DNA of 64,000 nt from Myxococcota bacterium. GTDB taxonomy: Bacteria > Myxococcota_A > SURF-8. Position 1 is the stretch's first letter, and every line of letters starts with the position of its first letter. Under the pieces are notes generated by a model. That model was given only the letters and a program-made list of their open reading frames with translations, ran no database searches and had not been told where the DNA came from. The stretch spans positions 2,528,001-2,592,000 of the forward strand of contig CAXXQS010000001.1 in the NCBI GenBank assembly GCA_963674735.2, in the 5' to 3' direction. A program made the position numbers and the translations under genes. Of the stretch, positions 49,815-59,515 are shown piece by piece.

Positions 49815-52442
49815 ATGAAGCGACGAGGATCGAACATCCGCCGCCTGACGGCATGGATGACACTGATGGTACTGCTGCCGGTCTTATGGGCCTGCGGTGG
49901 AAGTGAAACCGATGGGACCGATGGAGACCGCGACCCGGAATTCACCCCCGAATGCTACGAGGATTCCGATTGCCCCACATCCCAGCTTTGTGTCGACCAG
50001 GTTTGTGTGGCTCCCGATGGAGACGTCGACGGCAACGCGCCGATCGACTGTCAGTCCAATCTCGATTGCCCCCCCAGCATGCGCTGCGACCGCGGGCAGG
50101 GGGTCTGTATTCCGCTGAACGGCGACGGCGACGATGAGGACGGCGACGACGACCGCGAGGACGATCGCGACGCAACCGAACAAGTGGACGGCGATCCGGA
50201 TGACGAGATGGAAGCGGAACCGGAAGAGGAAGAAGAGGAGGCTCCGCCTCCTCCCATCGATTTGAGCTTCATCGCACCCACCGACTCCCACGCGGTTGAC
50301 GGTGAGGTGGAGATCGAGCTGCAGATCGTCAGTGATCTCACCATCGACAAAGTGGAAATCTACGCCTTCGGGTCGCTGCTGGCCGAATTTGTCGCTCCGC
50401 CTTACAAGGCATTCTGGCAAACCGCCGGTTTCGATGAAGGGCCCGTGGAATTGCGTGCGGTCGCCTACTCGGGAGAGGGCGCCGTGGCCGAACGGCTGAC
50501 CGCAATCGTGGACCACAGCGTGCCCGAACTGACCGTGTTGAGCCCCGAACCCGGCCAACAATACGGCTACGAAGACACCATCGAAATTCAGCTTGAGGCG
50601 GGAGATAATCTGGAAGAGGTCACCTTGACTCTCAACGGGGAAGAACTGGCCACCATCACCGAATTCGACGACTCGGGCGATGTATCGTATACCTTTGCGG
50701 CATCCGATCTCCAGCCGGGCTCGTATGTCCTCGATATCACGGTGTACGACCAGGTGGAGGCGCATACGGAAGCGACGGAAACCGTTTTGTTCGGGATCGA
50801 CAACGAAGGCCCGCAACTTGTTCTGACGAATGTCGTTTGGTCGGATATCAACCCGAATGAAGGTGAAATCTTCGCTGAAGACCTGATGGAGGTGTACTTC
50901 GACGATCTTTCGGGCCTCAAACAGGTTTACCTCGAAATCAAAGACGATTACAACCACACCTTGATTCTCAAAGAGGCGCGCGGCGACTTTCCCTTAACAA
51001 TCGATGATTTCGATGATCTGCTGCACCCCTTCACGGAATATCGTTATCCCATGGTGCTCAACATCGTAGCCAACGCCACCGATAACTACAACCAACAATC
51101 GGTTTTCTTAAAAAAGCTCACGGTCCGCCGCTTGAAGTGGCAGTACGATCCACAGGTCGCCGCACCGGTCAACTTCGTTCAACGGGCGGGAGCCGCCGCC
51201 AATCAGGTGCGCGGGGATATCTATATCGCGATTTACGACGAACTCCAGTCCATCACGGCCGACGGTACGCATCGCTTTAGCTGTGAAATGACCAGCCCCT
51301 TCGCCACAACTCCGGTCGTCGCCGAGCGCGACGGGTACCCGGTCGTGGTGTTTTCCGCCACGAATGACGCCGCCCTGGTGGCCCGTGTCGATGACAACGG
51401 GGCCGGTCCCTGCGACCGCTTCGTGGTTGAAAGTGCGTTGACCGATCCGGCCGCACCGGCGGTCGGCCCTATCGAAGGCGAGCCGGACGACTTCTATGTC
51501 CCGCTCTATTATTGCGCGCGCAGCGATCTCAATACGCGCTGTTTTGAAATTCACTATCACGTGGCGCTCGACCAGGAACGCAACGGCGACTCTCCGTTCA
51601 GTATCGCCTGGTCCACCACCATCACCGGTTATGCCCCCCCGACCGCGCCCATCCATCCCATCGAATCCGGCGGATCACGCAACCTGACCCTCGGCGCAGG
51701 CCGGGCGGTCGTGCAACTCGATCTGGACAGCAACGGAGCCTGGGTAGCCTCCGAGTATTTCAACCCATACCAGAAGCTGAAATACGTCCTGGCCAGCCCG
51801 GTGCAAAACAGCATCTACGCCACCTCGGATAAGGAATTCCACAGCTATAAATACGATCTCTTCCCCCGTGAACAGATCGTCTATTCCACCGCCGAAAACG
51901 GCGACTGCCTTGAAAATTACCAATGCGATTCAGGTGAAATCTGCAATGACGACGAGAAATGCGTCTCGGCCGATGAATTCCTGGATGCCGAACCCGTGGC
52001 GGACCGCCTGGGAACGCTGTTTTTAAGCACTCAGCTTGAACGTAACAGCGCCATCCGGGGTGTTTTGATGGCGATCAGCTTCAGCGGCTCCTTAATCGAA
52101 GGCAGCGTGTGGGAATACATTACGGAAGGACTCATCGGCGGAAGCCCGGCCGTCGGCATGGACGACATTCTGTATGTCCCCGGCAGCAACACAAACGGCA
52201 ACCTCTACGCCCTCGACATCTACGCCGACGTGGACGGGGGAGAACGGCGCAAACGTTGGCAGGTGAAACTGGCCACTCCGCTTCTGGCTCCCCTTCTAAT
52301 CACGCCGCTCGGCGACCTGATCGCAGTCGGTAAAAACCGCCAGGTTCACGCCATCGATGTACGCGGAGAAGCCCCACCCGCCGATGCCTCCTGGCCCATG
52401 GCTCAGGGAGACCCCATGCGTAGCGGCGCGTTCATACCTTGA
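49815..52442 (+). CDS. Surface lipoprotein: Cys-rich modules, DGD tether, Ig-like domains, PQQ-like beta-propeller
   Basis: Lipobox LWAC; C..D.DC modules; APPY.AFW.T Ig-like repeat; LKWQY, VWEY.T.G.IGGSPAVG and WPMAQGDPMRSG propeller motifs. Confidence 0.8.
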   Translation: MKRRGSNIRRLTAWMTLMVLLPVLWACGGSETDGTDGDRDPEFTPECYEDSDCPTSQLCVDQVCVAPDGDVDGNAPIDCQSNLDCPPSMRCDRGQGVCIPLNGDGDDEDGDDDREDDRDATEQVDGDPDDEMEAEPEEEEEEAPPPPIDLSFIAPTDSHAVDGEVEIELQIVSDLTIDKVEIYAFGSLLAEFVAPPYKAFWQTAGFDEGPVELRAVAYSGEGAVAERLTAIVDHSVPELTVLSPEPGQQYGYEDTIEIQLEAGDNLEEVTLTLNGEELATITEFDDSGDVSYTFAASDLQPGSYVLDITVYDQVEAHTEATETVLFGIDNEGPQLVLTNVVWSDINPNEGEIFAEDLMEVYFDDLSGLKQVYLEIKDDYNHTLILKEARGDFPLTIDDFDDLLHPFTEYRYPMVLNIVANATDNYNQQSVFLKKLTVRRLKWQYDPQVAAPVNFVQRAGAAANQVRGDIYIAIYDELQSITADGTHRFSCEMTSPFATTPVVAERDGYPVVVFSATNDAALVARVDDNGAGPCDRFVVESALTDPAAPAVGPIEGEPDDFYVPLYYCARSDLNTRCFEIHYHVALDQERNGDSPFSIAWSTTITGYAPPTAPIHPIESGGSRNLTLGAGRAVVQLDLDSNGAWVASEYFNPYQKLKYVLASPVQNSIYATSDKEFHSYKYDLFPREQIVYSTAENGDCLENYQCDSGEICNDDEKCVSADEFLDAEPVADRLGTLFLSTQLERNSAIRGVLMAISFSGSLIEGSVWEYITEGLIGGSPAVGMDDILYVPGSNTNGNLYALDIYADVDGGERRKRWQVKLATPLLAPLLITPLGDLIAVGKNRQVHAIDVRGEAPPADASWPMAQGDPMRSGAFIP

Positions 52443-52480
52443 TTGTTCGCATTTGAAAAATTCTCGACCCGAGAAGCGAA

Positions 52481-52644
52481 AGGCTACCTCTAAAAATAGC
52501 TGTTCGTTACGAGAACGAAGGATTTTCGAGACCTGGCGATTTCCACAACCACAGGCATATCAATAGGATACGTCGAGGATTGGGGGAAGCGATCCGACTA
52601 GAAAAGAATCGTTCGCAGTAGAATATGGATTTTAGAGGCAGCCT
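52481..52644. mobile_element. MITE-like element (164 bp, 15-bp terminal inverted repeats)
   Basis: AGGCTACCTCTAAAA (52481-52495) and TTTTAGAGGCAGCCT (52630-52644), one mismatch; no ORF inside; internal hairpin. Confidence 0.72.
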
Positions 52645-55402
52645 AAACTTTGTCCAAGCGAGCGCGGCGTGCCTGAACTTGTTCCAACAAGGCCGGTAAA
52701 AGCGTAAGTCCGGCCAGGGATCCGATCAGCGTTCCCAAAATGGCCACCTGCCCGATGATCGCCACCCCCTTGGCGTCCACCAAGGCCCAGCCGCTAAGAT
52801 TCAACACCAGCGACAGCACCATCAAGGCGACCGACGGGGCGGTGAGTGTAACCGCCTGCAAAGCCCCGATTTGGCCGACCTGCCAATAGCGCAACCACAT
52901 GCGCAACGCCGTGTCAAAACCGACGCCGACTACAACGGGTATCGCCATATAGCTGTAGATATTCCAGCTTGTCCCGAGCCCCGCCATCCCCAATACCAGC
53001 CAGAAGGCCGCAACGACCTGCACGATCAAGACCAGCGGGATATGGCGCGAACGTCTCAAGGTCACCACGAAGACCGTTCCGGCCACCAGAAAAGCCAGCA
53101 GCATTAAAAGCGGCCCCGATTCACTCACCCGGCGAATCATGACAGCCAGATCCAAAGCCGATCCCGTCACCGAAATATCGCGCTGATCACCGACCCAAAC
53201 GACAGACTGTTCTTCGAGCCGTTTGGCCACCGGAGCGAAATAACCGTCGTGGCTCGGATACACGAACGCCACACATCCTACATAATGCTCGTCGAACTCC
53301 CGGATGGCCCTGTAAAGCGCTTCGCGCGGATCACGCGAACGGACGTTACGGGTCACGGCGGCGAGCCGGTCGTCCTCGCTCAGTCCATCCAGAATCTGCT
53401 TCACCCGCTCATCCGGCATTCGATCGAGCGTCTGCCGCAACACCTGCTCCCGCAACTCGGGTGATAATCCGGGAGCCTGTTGAGCCAATGCCCGCTGCAA
53501 AACATCCAACAATGCTTCGCTGCCTTTGGGTTGCAAGCTGAAGATCTGTATCACGCTGCGAGGAAGCTGGTACAAGCCGACTTGCGGCGGATGGAGGATC
53601 GGACGCACATCGTCGATGCGCCGTCTCACCCGACTGTCGAGAAAACCGATATTCTCTTCCGTCGCCAAGGCGTCGATCCGCCGCAAAATGGCGCGCTTTT
53701 CCTCCTGCTCGGTCGGCAGAAAGGTGAAAATCGAACTCTTGGTTTGGATAACCGAGTCGGGTTCAGCCTTCGATGCCTCGATTCTTTGGACCACCTGCAA
53801 CAAGACCTCGCGCGAAGGCGCGACAATCGTAAGCGGATCCTGCGACAAAGGCGAAATACGGGATATTTTTTCCCGCACTTCACGTGCGGCCGGCAAGCGC
53901 GTACGAATTTCCGAGAAATCCAGATCACGATCCAGAAATGGATCGCAGCAGGGGGTGTCCGGGCAACAGCGCATCAACGCCGAACACCAAGGTTCCCTTA
54001 AGCAGGAAAAACTCTGCAAAAGGATAAGTGCCCCCAAAGCGGCACCGATGAAACCGATCGCCAGCACCGCTCGTCCGCGGGCCATGCGTCGCGGTAACGG
54101 CTGGATCAAACGCACGGCCGTGGAAATGACCATCAGCCGCCTGCGTTCCGTCAGCGCCAAGACGGCAGGCAAGACCGTCGTCATCATGGTAGCCATGATC
54201 AGGACACCCGCTCCCCCCAACAGGCCGAATTGCCGGAAATCGAGCAAGTCAACTCCGGCCAAGGCGAACATGCCGCAGGCGGTAACGAAAGCGCTCAGAA
54301 TCGCCGGACGGCCGTCCTGGCGCATGGCGTCCGACAGAGCATCGTTGATATCGAGATTTCGGGAGCGCGCATTGACGTAGCTGTACAGCATCTGGATTCC
54401 GTAAGCCAGTCCGAAAGCCAAAGCCAGGGGAAGCGACAACGCCCCCATCGTGCTGAGAGCCCCGAAACCGGCTCCGGCCAAGCCTAAAAGCAGGAGAACC
54501 CCGCCCGACACCGACAACCACAGAAGCCATAAAGGTCGTATGCGCCTGAAAACAAGCAGAACAATCAGTGAGACACCGAGAAAAATCATGGCCGCATAGC
54601 CCGTTAGGGCTCGATCCAGTTTCTGCGTTTGCGCAATCCGCTCGAAATACGTGCCGCCCAGTAAAAACGAAACGTCCTTGAACTCGGATCGTGCGAGCAG
54701 ATCCCGGCCTGCCTGGCGGATCATCCGCAGGGTCTCGAGTGCCTTTTGACGCTGGTAAACGGGATACTCGGGTTTGAAGAGCGCTGCGAATACGCTGCCG
54801 TCCGCGCTGCTGAGGTACTCATGAAAACGCTGGACGCCATATTTGTGTTGCAGATCTTCGAAAGCGATGTCCACTTCCGGTTCTTCTTCGTCCTCAAGAT
54901 TAAAATAAAACGGGTTGTTTTTGAGGCGCTCTTGTTCCAACCGCCGAGTCAAGCGCTGCTCGATATCGAGCAGATCGACCTGTTTCAGATAAAGCAGCCG
55001 CCGGTCCTCGAAAAAACGCATCGGCAAGCGATAATAGCTGTAACGCAACAGCGGATCCTGACCGACCGCCAGGCGGCTATTGCGTTCCACATCAAGCGCC
55101 TGCACCCAGGCATCGACGAACCGCTGCCGGGCGGCGTAAGCTCCACCCTCGACGATACCGACGAGGAAATCACTCCCGCCAAGCTGCGTATCCAGGCGAG
55201 TCCGTTCTTCGATCGACCGCTCACCCGAGGCCCAGAACAGGGATTCCTGCTCGACGACGGTCAGCTGACGCGCCGGCCATAGAGCACCCACCATGCACAG
55301 CAACGCGACCCAAACGATGAGACCGGGGCGACGCAGAACCAGCCACGCCAGAGCGTCGAAAAGGCGATCGAGTCGCGTGGAGTCGGGATTGAGATCAGTC
55401 AT
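52643..55402 (-). CDS. MMPL/RND family transporter (HpnN-like)
   Basis: Two halves, each with one TM, a large loop and about 5 TM helices; LGGTY / VTGSA; GLAYG / GVGFD; VLPAVL / LLPALL. Confidence 0.85.
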   Translation of the reverse strand: MTDLNPDSTRLDRLFDALAWLVLRRPGLIVWVALLCMVGALWPARQLTVVEQESLFWASGERSIEERTRLDTQLGGSDFLVGIVEGGAYAARQRFVDAWVQALDVERNSRLAVGQDPLLRYSYYRLPMRFFEDRRLLYLKQVDLLDIEQRLTRRLEQERLKNNPFYFNLEDEEEPEVDIAFEDLQHKYGVQRFHEYLSSADGSVFAALFKPEYPVYQRQKALETLRMIRQAGRDLLARSEFKDVSFLLGGTYFERIAQTQKLDRALTGYAAMIFLGVSLIVLLVFRRIRPLWLLWLSVSGGVLLLLGLAGAGFGALSTMGALSLPLALAFGLAYGIQMLYSYVNARSRNLDINDALSDAMRQDGRPAILSAFVTACGMFALAGVDLLDFRQFGLLGGAGVLIMATMMTTVLPAVLALTERRRLMVISTAVRLIQPLPRRMARGRAVLAIGFIGAALGALILLQSFSCLREPWCSALMRCCPDTPCCDPFLDRDLDFSEIRTRLPAAREVREKISRISPLSQDPLTIVAPSREVLLQVVQRIEASKAEPDSVIQTKSSIFTFLPTEQEEKRAILRRIDALATEENIGFLDSRVRRRIDDVRPILHPPQVGLYQLPRSVIQIFSLQPKGSEALLDVLQRALAQQAPGLSPELREQVLRQTLDRMPDERVKQILDGLSEDDRLAAVTRNVRSRDPREALYRAIREFDEHYVGCVAFVYPSHDGYFAPVAKRLEEQSVVWVGDQRDISVTGSALDLAVMIRRVSESGPLLMLLAFLVAGTVFVVTLRRSRHIPLVLIVQVVAAFWLVLGMAGLGTSWNIYSYMAIPVVVGVGFDTALRMWLRYWQVGQIGALQAVTLTAPSVALMVLSLVLNLSGWALVDAKGVAIIGQVAILGTLIGSLAGLTLLPALLEQVQARRARLDKV

Positions 55403-55496
55403 GGAAACGGACGCTCCGGACCTGGGGCGATGGCACATGCAAAGGATGTAACATAAACGCCCGAGGCCTTGTCAAGCATCGAAGATTGAAGAAGAC

Positions 55497-55527
55497 GGCA
55501 CGGCCGCCCTGGATCGGGAGCCGTGCC
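55497..55527 (-). terminator. Hairpin after the ASH/PKD lipoprotein
   Basis: GGCACGGC...GCCGTGCC stem with a weak T-tail. Confidence 0.45.
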
Positions 55528-55555
55528 CTTTCAAGAATTCCGACCGAAAGCCGGT

Positions 55556-58500
55556 CTATTTGCAGAACTGATGGCAATTGTTGACCGGACCGCACTTGTA
55601 GGGTGCCTCCCAAATACCGTTGATCCGGCGCAGATGGATGAACCAATCGACGTCGATCAGGTTGTCGTAGCAATGCGTGCCACGCCACCATTCGACATCC
55701 GAACCATCCTTGTGCAAACGCACATCGACCGCCTCGCCGAACAGGCTGCTGATGCCAACGGCCGTCACTTTGATGATGTATTCGCCATCCAGGTCTTCCA
55801 CGTAATCGTCCTGCTGATCGGCATAGTCCCAAATGATAAGCGAGCCATTGTCGTTGCCGCCGATTCCTTCGCAGCGGCCGGAATGGATCGGCCCCCAGTC
55901 ACAGGCGTATTGCGCCACATCGGGAGGTCCGCAGACTTCGTCTTCGGGATTCGTGAAAATCAAGTCGTAACCCAGGAAACCGCCCAGGCAAACGTTGATG
56001 CCGTCGAGGAAGATGGACAGCGTCTCCGGTTTCTCGACCGGCACCACAACCGAGGCCCAATCGCTCCAGACCGCCTCATCATCCATCACCCGACCGCGAT
56101 ACGTCCACGACCCCACCTTGTTGGGACGGTTGACGGCGGATGCGCCATTGGCGTTGAGCGTCGTGTCGCCGAAAGGAGGAGCGGAAACCACTTCGAACTG
56201 CCAGTTCTGGATGTTGCCACCGTCGGGATCGTAGCTGTCGAGCAAATCGAGCAGGGTTTCGGCCCCGGCCTTCGGGTTAACCATATCGGCCGGAAGTTGG
56301 CCGTTGACCTTCAGAATCGCCACCGGACGCGTCACGGCCGAAACGCGGATCGTATCTTTCACACTCCAGAGATCGTGCGAATCTTTAACGCGCAGGCTGA
56401 AAATCCAATCGCCCGGCATGTTCACCACGACAGTTGCGGAGCTGTCGGCCAGCACCAGATCGCCATGCCCCGCCGGGGCGGAATCGATGGCGTATTCCCA
56501 TTCGACGATCGTGTCATCGGGGTCGGATTCGTAGCTACCGGTCGTATCGTTGTAAACCTGATCGTCGTCCAAAAGTACCAGGCTATCGACCGGAGCGCTG
56601 ATGTCGAAGGTGGATCCGTTGGCCTGGATTTCCGCCACCGGCGGATGATTGATGGGTCCATCCGCATTCAACAGAATGAAGGCCTCGGTGCGATCGGAAT
56701 CGCCGGGCTGGAAGAGATCGTAATCGTTGTGGGTGATGCTGATGGCGCCAATCGCTTGTCCGCCGCCCAGCGGCTCGTACACCGCATCAAACGTCATGGT
56801 CTGGCTCTGTTCCAGTTCCACCGGCAGCGTCACCGTTGCCCCCGCCTTTTCGAAGTTTTCGACTCCGAAATACGGGCTGCTACCGATATCGATATTCACC
56901 GAAAAAATGGTCAGCGAGCCGTTTCCGATATTTTTGAGGGTGACATGCTCCACGCTGCGATCGTTCAGTTCAACCGGCACGAAATCGATTTCTTCCGGTT
57001 GCATGAAGAAAATCGGGTTGGACGACGTCGCTTCCATCATCAGACGCACCGAGCCGTCTTCTTCGGAATTGCCGGCATTCGAGAAAATATCCGCCGCACT
57101 GCGATTGCCCCCTTCGTCGAACGCATAGGTGAAATCGATATAGCGCGACTGACCGGGGAAAATCGGTTCATAGATATCGGCCGCTTCCGTATACCCGAAG
57201 TCCGCACTACCCACCGGGTCCATCTCGATGGAACTGATCACCAGGTCGTCGGTGCCGTCGTTGAACACGCGCACACTCTCGACAGCCGTTTCCATATTTT
57301 GCACGACGCCGAAGTCGATTTCTTCCGGTTCCAGCCGAATCAAGGCCTGCTTGCCGCTTCCCAGCACTTCCACAAAGTAATCGGGTTTGGGATCTTCCCC
57401 TTCCATCTGACCGCCCTGAATCCATAGCCGATCAGTGGTTTCCGGAATGGCGGTGGGAGTAAAGCTCAACGTCACTTGCCCCCCTTCATCGGGAGCGAGC
57501 ACCCACGGCAACGCCGGATCGGCACTTACAACGGCGAACTCCGGATTTGAATCGAACAAGGCAATCCCATCGATGGGGAATTCATCGTTTCCGACATTGA
57601 GAATCTGGACGTCCAGGGTGTGCGTCTGGTCCACGATCTGGGCGCCGAAATCGATGGGGAACGGCGTTACCGCCAGATCGGCCTGTGACCCCAACCCCGT
57701 AATGGCAAAACTCATCATGGGGCCTTGGTCGGGATCGTTGGTTTCGACATACAGGATGTTGCTGTAGTTACCCATGCTGCGCGGCGCGAATTCGAGGCCC
57801 ACTTCGATGGCCTGACCGGGAATCAGGAAAACAGGCTGCTGCTCGTTGATGGTCTGCGGGGGCGTCAGAACGAAGCCGCCATCGACCAACTGCCCGTTCT
57901 GCAACGATAATCCGCTGATTTTCAAAACGCGGTTGCCATCCGGATCGGCCGGTTGGTTTTTAACCTGAAGCATGATTTTGGCGGTGGTATAAACCGGAAC
58001 CTCGCCAAACTCGATGGGAGACGGTTCGATCGCCAGATTGGCCTCGCCTTTGTACTGCGGGGTCAGGTCGACGCGCACAATAGGGGCTTCATTGTCGTCG
58101 CTGGTTACCAGGATCTGCTCACCGTCGTCATCGAGTTCATCGTAGGGAGCATAGGTAATACGCAGAACGAAGGACTCATCCGGGGCCAACACCACCGGCG
58201 GCGTGATTTCCTCCACCATGTCATCAGCCAAGGTGATGAAAGTGAAGTCAAGCAGACCTTCGTTCAAGAACTGCACGCTGGTTACGGTAAGGTCCGCCGT
58301 CGCGGCGGCCGCGTTGCGGATAATGACGTCCTTGGTGCTGGTGCGTCCCCACTGAACGCTACCGAAATTGACGTTTTGCGGAATCACTTCAAGACGTCGG
58401 CCATCCGTATCGTCGCTTTCCGCCTGCTCGTGGTCACCGTCGGCTTGATCGCCGTCGGGGTCATCTCCATCAATCTGATCGCCGTCGGGGTCGGGTATGC

Positions 58501-58729
58501 AGATATCACTGGTCGGACTGCAGATGTAGCCGTCGGGGCAATCGTCGTCCGATTCGCAGGGCGTGCAATCTTCTCCGGGCGGACAAAACGCGGTATCGCC
58601 ATCGCTTCCCGCGCTATCCAAATCGCCATCCGGCTCTCCCTGGGAACCGCTATCCGAGCAACCCAGTGCGAAAAGAAACAGAAAGATCACACACCAAACC
58701 GTTAAAGCCCCCATACCGCGAGCCGACAT
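55556..58729 (-). CDS. Surface lipoprotein: DGD tether, five ASH/choice-of-anchor-D domains, two PKD-like domains, C-terminal head domain
   Basis: RBS AAGGAGG; lipobox ALGC; five P..I(D/E/N)FG repeats; NHPPVA...SYESDPD...PGDWIFSLRVKD; DSYDPDG. Confidence 0.85.
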   Translation of the reverse strand: MSARGMGALTVWCVIFLFLFALGCSDSGSQGEPDGDLDSAGSDGDTAFCPPGEDCTPCESDDDCPDGYICSPTSDICIPDPDGDQIDGDDPDGDQADGDHEQAESDDTDGRRLEVIPQNVNFGSVQWGRTSTKDVIIRNAAAATADLTVTSVQFLNEGLLDFTFITLADDMVEEITPPVVLAPDESFVLRITYAPYDELDDDGEQILVTSDDNEAPIVRVDLTPQYKGEANLAIEPSPIEFGEVPVYTTAKIMLQVKNQPADPDGNRVLKISGLSLQNGQLVDGGFVLTPPQTINEQQPVFLIPGQAIEVGLEFAPRSMGNYSNILYVETNDPDQGPMMSFAITGLGSQADLAVTPFPIDFGAQIVDQTHTLDVQILNVGNDEFPIDGIALFDSNPEFAVVSADPALPWVLAPDEGGQVTLSFTPTAIPETTDRLWIQGGQMEGEDPKPDYFVEVLGSGKQALIRLEPEEIDFGVVQNMETAVESVRVFNDGTDDLVISSIEMDPVGSADFGYTEAADIYEPIFPGQSRYIDFTYAFDEGGNRSAADIFSNAGNSEEDGSVRLMMEATSSNPIFFMQPEEIDFVPVELNDRSVEHVTLKNIGNGSLTIFSVNIDIGSSPYFGVENFEKAGATVTLPVELEQSQTMTFDAVYEPLGGGQAIGAISITHNDYDLFQPGDSDRTEAFILLNADGPINHPPVAEIQANGSTFDISAPVDSLVLLDDDQVYNDTTGSYESDPDDTIVEWEYAIDSAPAGHGDLVLADSSATVVVNMPGDWIFSLRVKDSHDLWSVKDTIRVSAVTRPVAILKVNGQLPADMVNPKAGAETLLDLLDSYDPDGGNIQNWQFEVVSAPPFGDTTLNANGASAVNRPNKVGSWTYRGRVMDDEAVWSDWASVVVPVEKPETLSIFLDGINVCLGGFLGYDLIFTNPEDEVCGPPDVAQYACDWGPIHSGRCEGIGGNDNGSLIIWDYADQQDDYVEDLDGEYIIKVTAVGISSLFGEAVDVRLHKDGSDVEWWRGTHCYDNLIDVDWFIHLRRINGIWEAPYKCGPVNNCHQFCK

Positions 58730-59116
58730 TGCATGCCTCCTTGGGATAACCCCTCGCATTTTCAACTACTTGCCATTCTTAATATTTGTATCGCGGCCCA
58801 CTGCCAATGTCAAGATTTACCCCGAATCGCCAAAGAATTCACTTGTGGTTATCAAAACACAAACTGCCGATCATGCGCAAAGACAGTCGACAAACGGAAA
58901 GACTCTTTGTGTATTTGTGGTTGCGTTTCCGGTATCCTTGCCAAATATCACAGGACTAAAGCGAAAATCCCAACAAAGAAAACCGGACTGGCGAACACCC
59001 TGCCCTACAAATCTGCGAAAAGTGTTGAAACCATACGGAATTCGGTCTACAAGTAATGGGGCGATCTGTCGAACAGTCGCCAATGGTTTTGGGGGTTTAG
59101 CTAGAGGCACAACAAC

Positions 59117-59515
59117 ATGCGTTACAAAATCGCGATTATCGACGATGAGGAAAAGATCCTTTCCAGTCTGCAACGGTATTTCTCCTTGAAAAATTTCGAT
59201 GTCGAAACATTCTCGGATCCACTCCAAGCCTTGTCGGCGATCAGACGCCAACACATCAAAGTGGTCCTGACCGACATCAACATGCCCGGTCTGGACGGCT
59301 TGCAATTACTGAGTCGATTGAAAAAAATCAATCCCCTGATCCAGGTCGTCATTATGACAGGCAATGCAACCGCCGAAACGGTGCGGGAATCCATTCAGAA
59401 CGGTGCGGCCGGTTTTATCGTGAAGCCCTTCGACTCCTTGCAGATGGTGGAGTCGCTGGTTGAAAAAGCGGTGGGAATCGTCGAAAAGAAATTGATGGGG
59501 CGCCACGGATCATGA
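59117..59515 (+). CDS. Single-domain response regulator
   Basis: IAIIDDE; LTDINMPGLDG; IMTG; VKPF. Confidence 0.92.
   Translation: MRYKIAIIDDEEKILSSLQRYFSLKNFDVETFSDPLQALSAIRRQHIKVVLTDINMPGLDGLQLLSRLKKINPLIQVVIMTGNATAETVRESIQNGAAGFIVKPFDSLQMVESLVEKAVGIVEKKLMGRHGS

Noticed and set aside
55523-57427. 634-aa plus-strand ORF, and similar long antisense ORFs (e.g. 5460-6482, 5950-7011, 20323-21423, 45683-46636, 49884-50957)
   Set aside because: They lie opposite well-supported genes and have no motifs; expected from GC-rich codon bias
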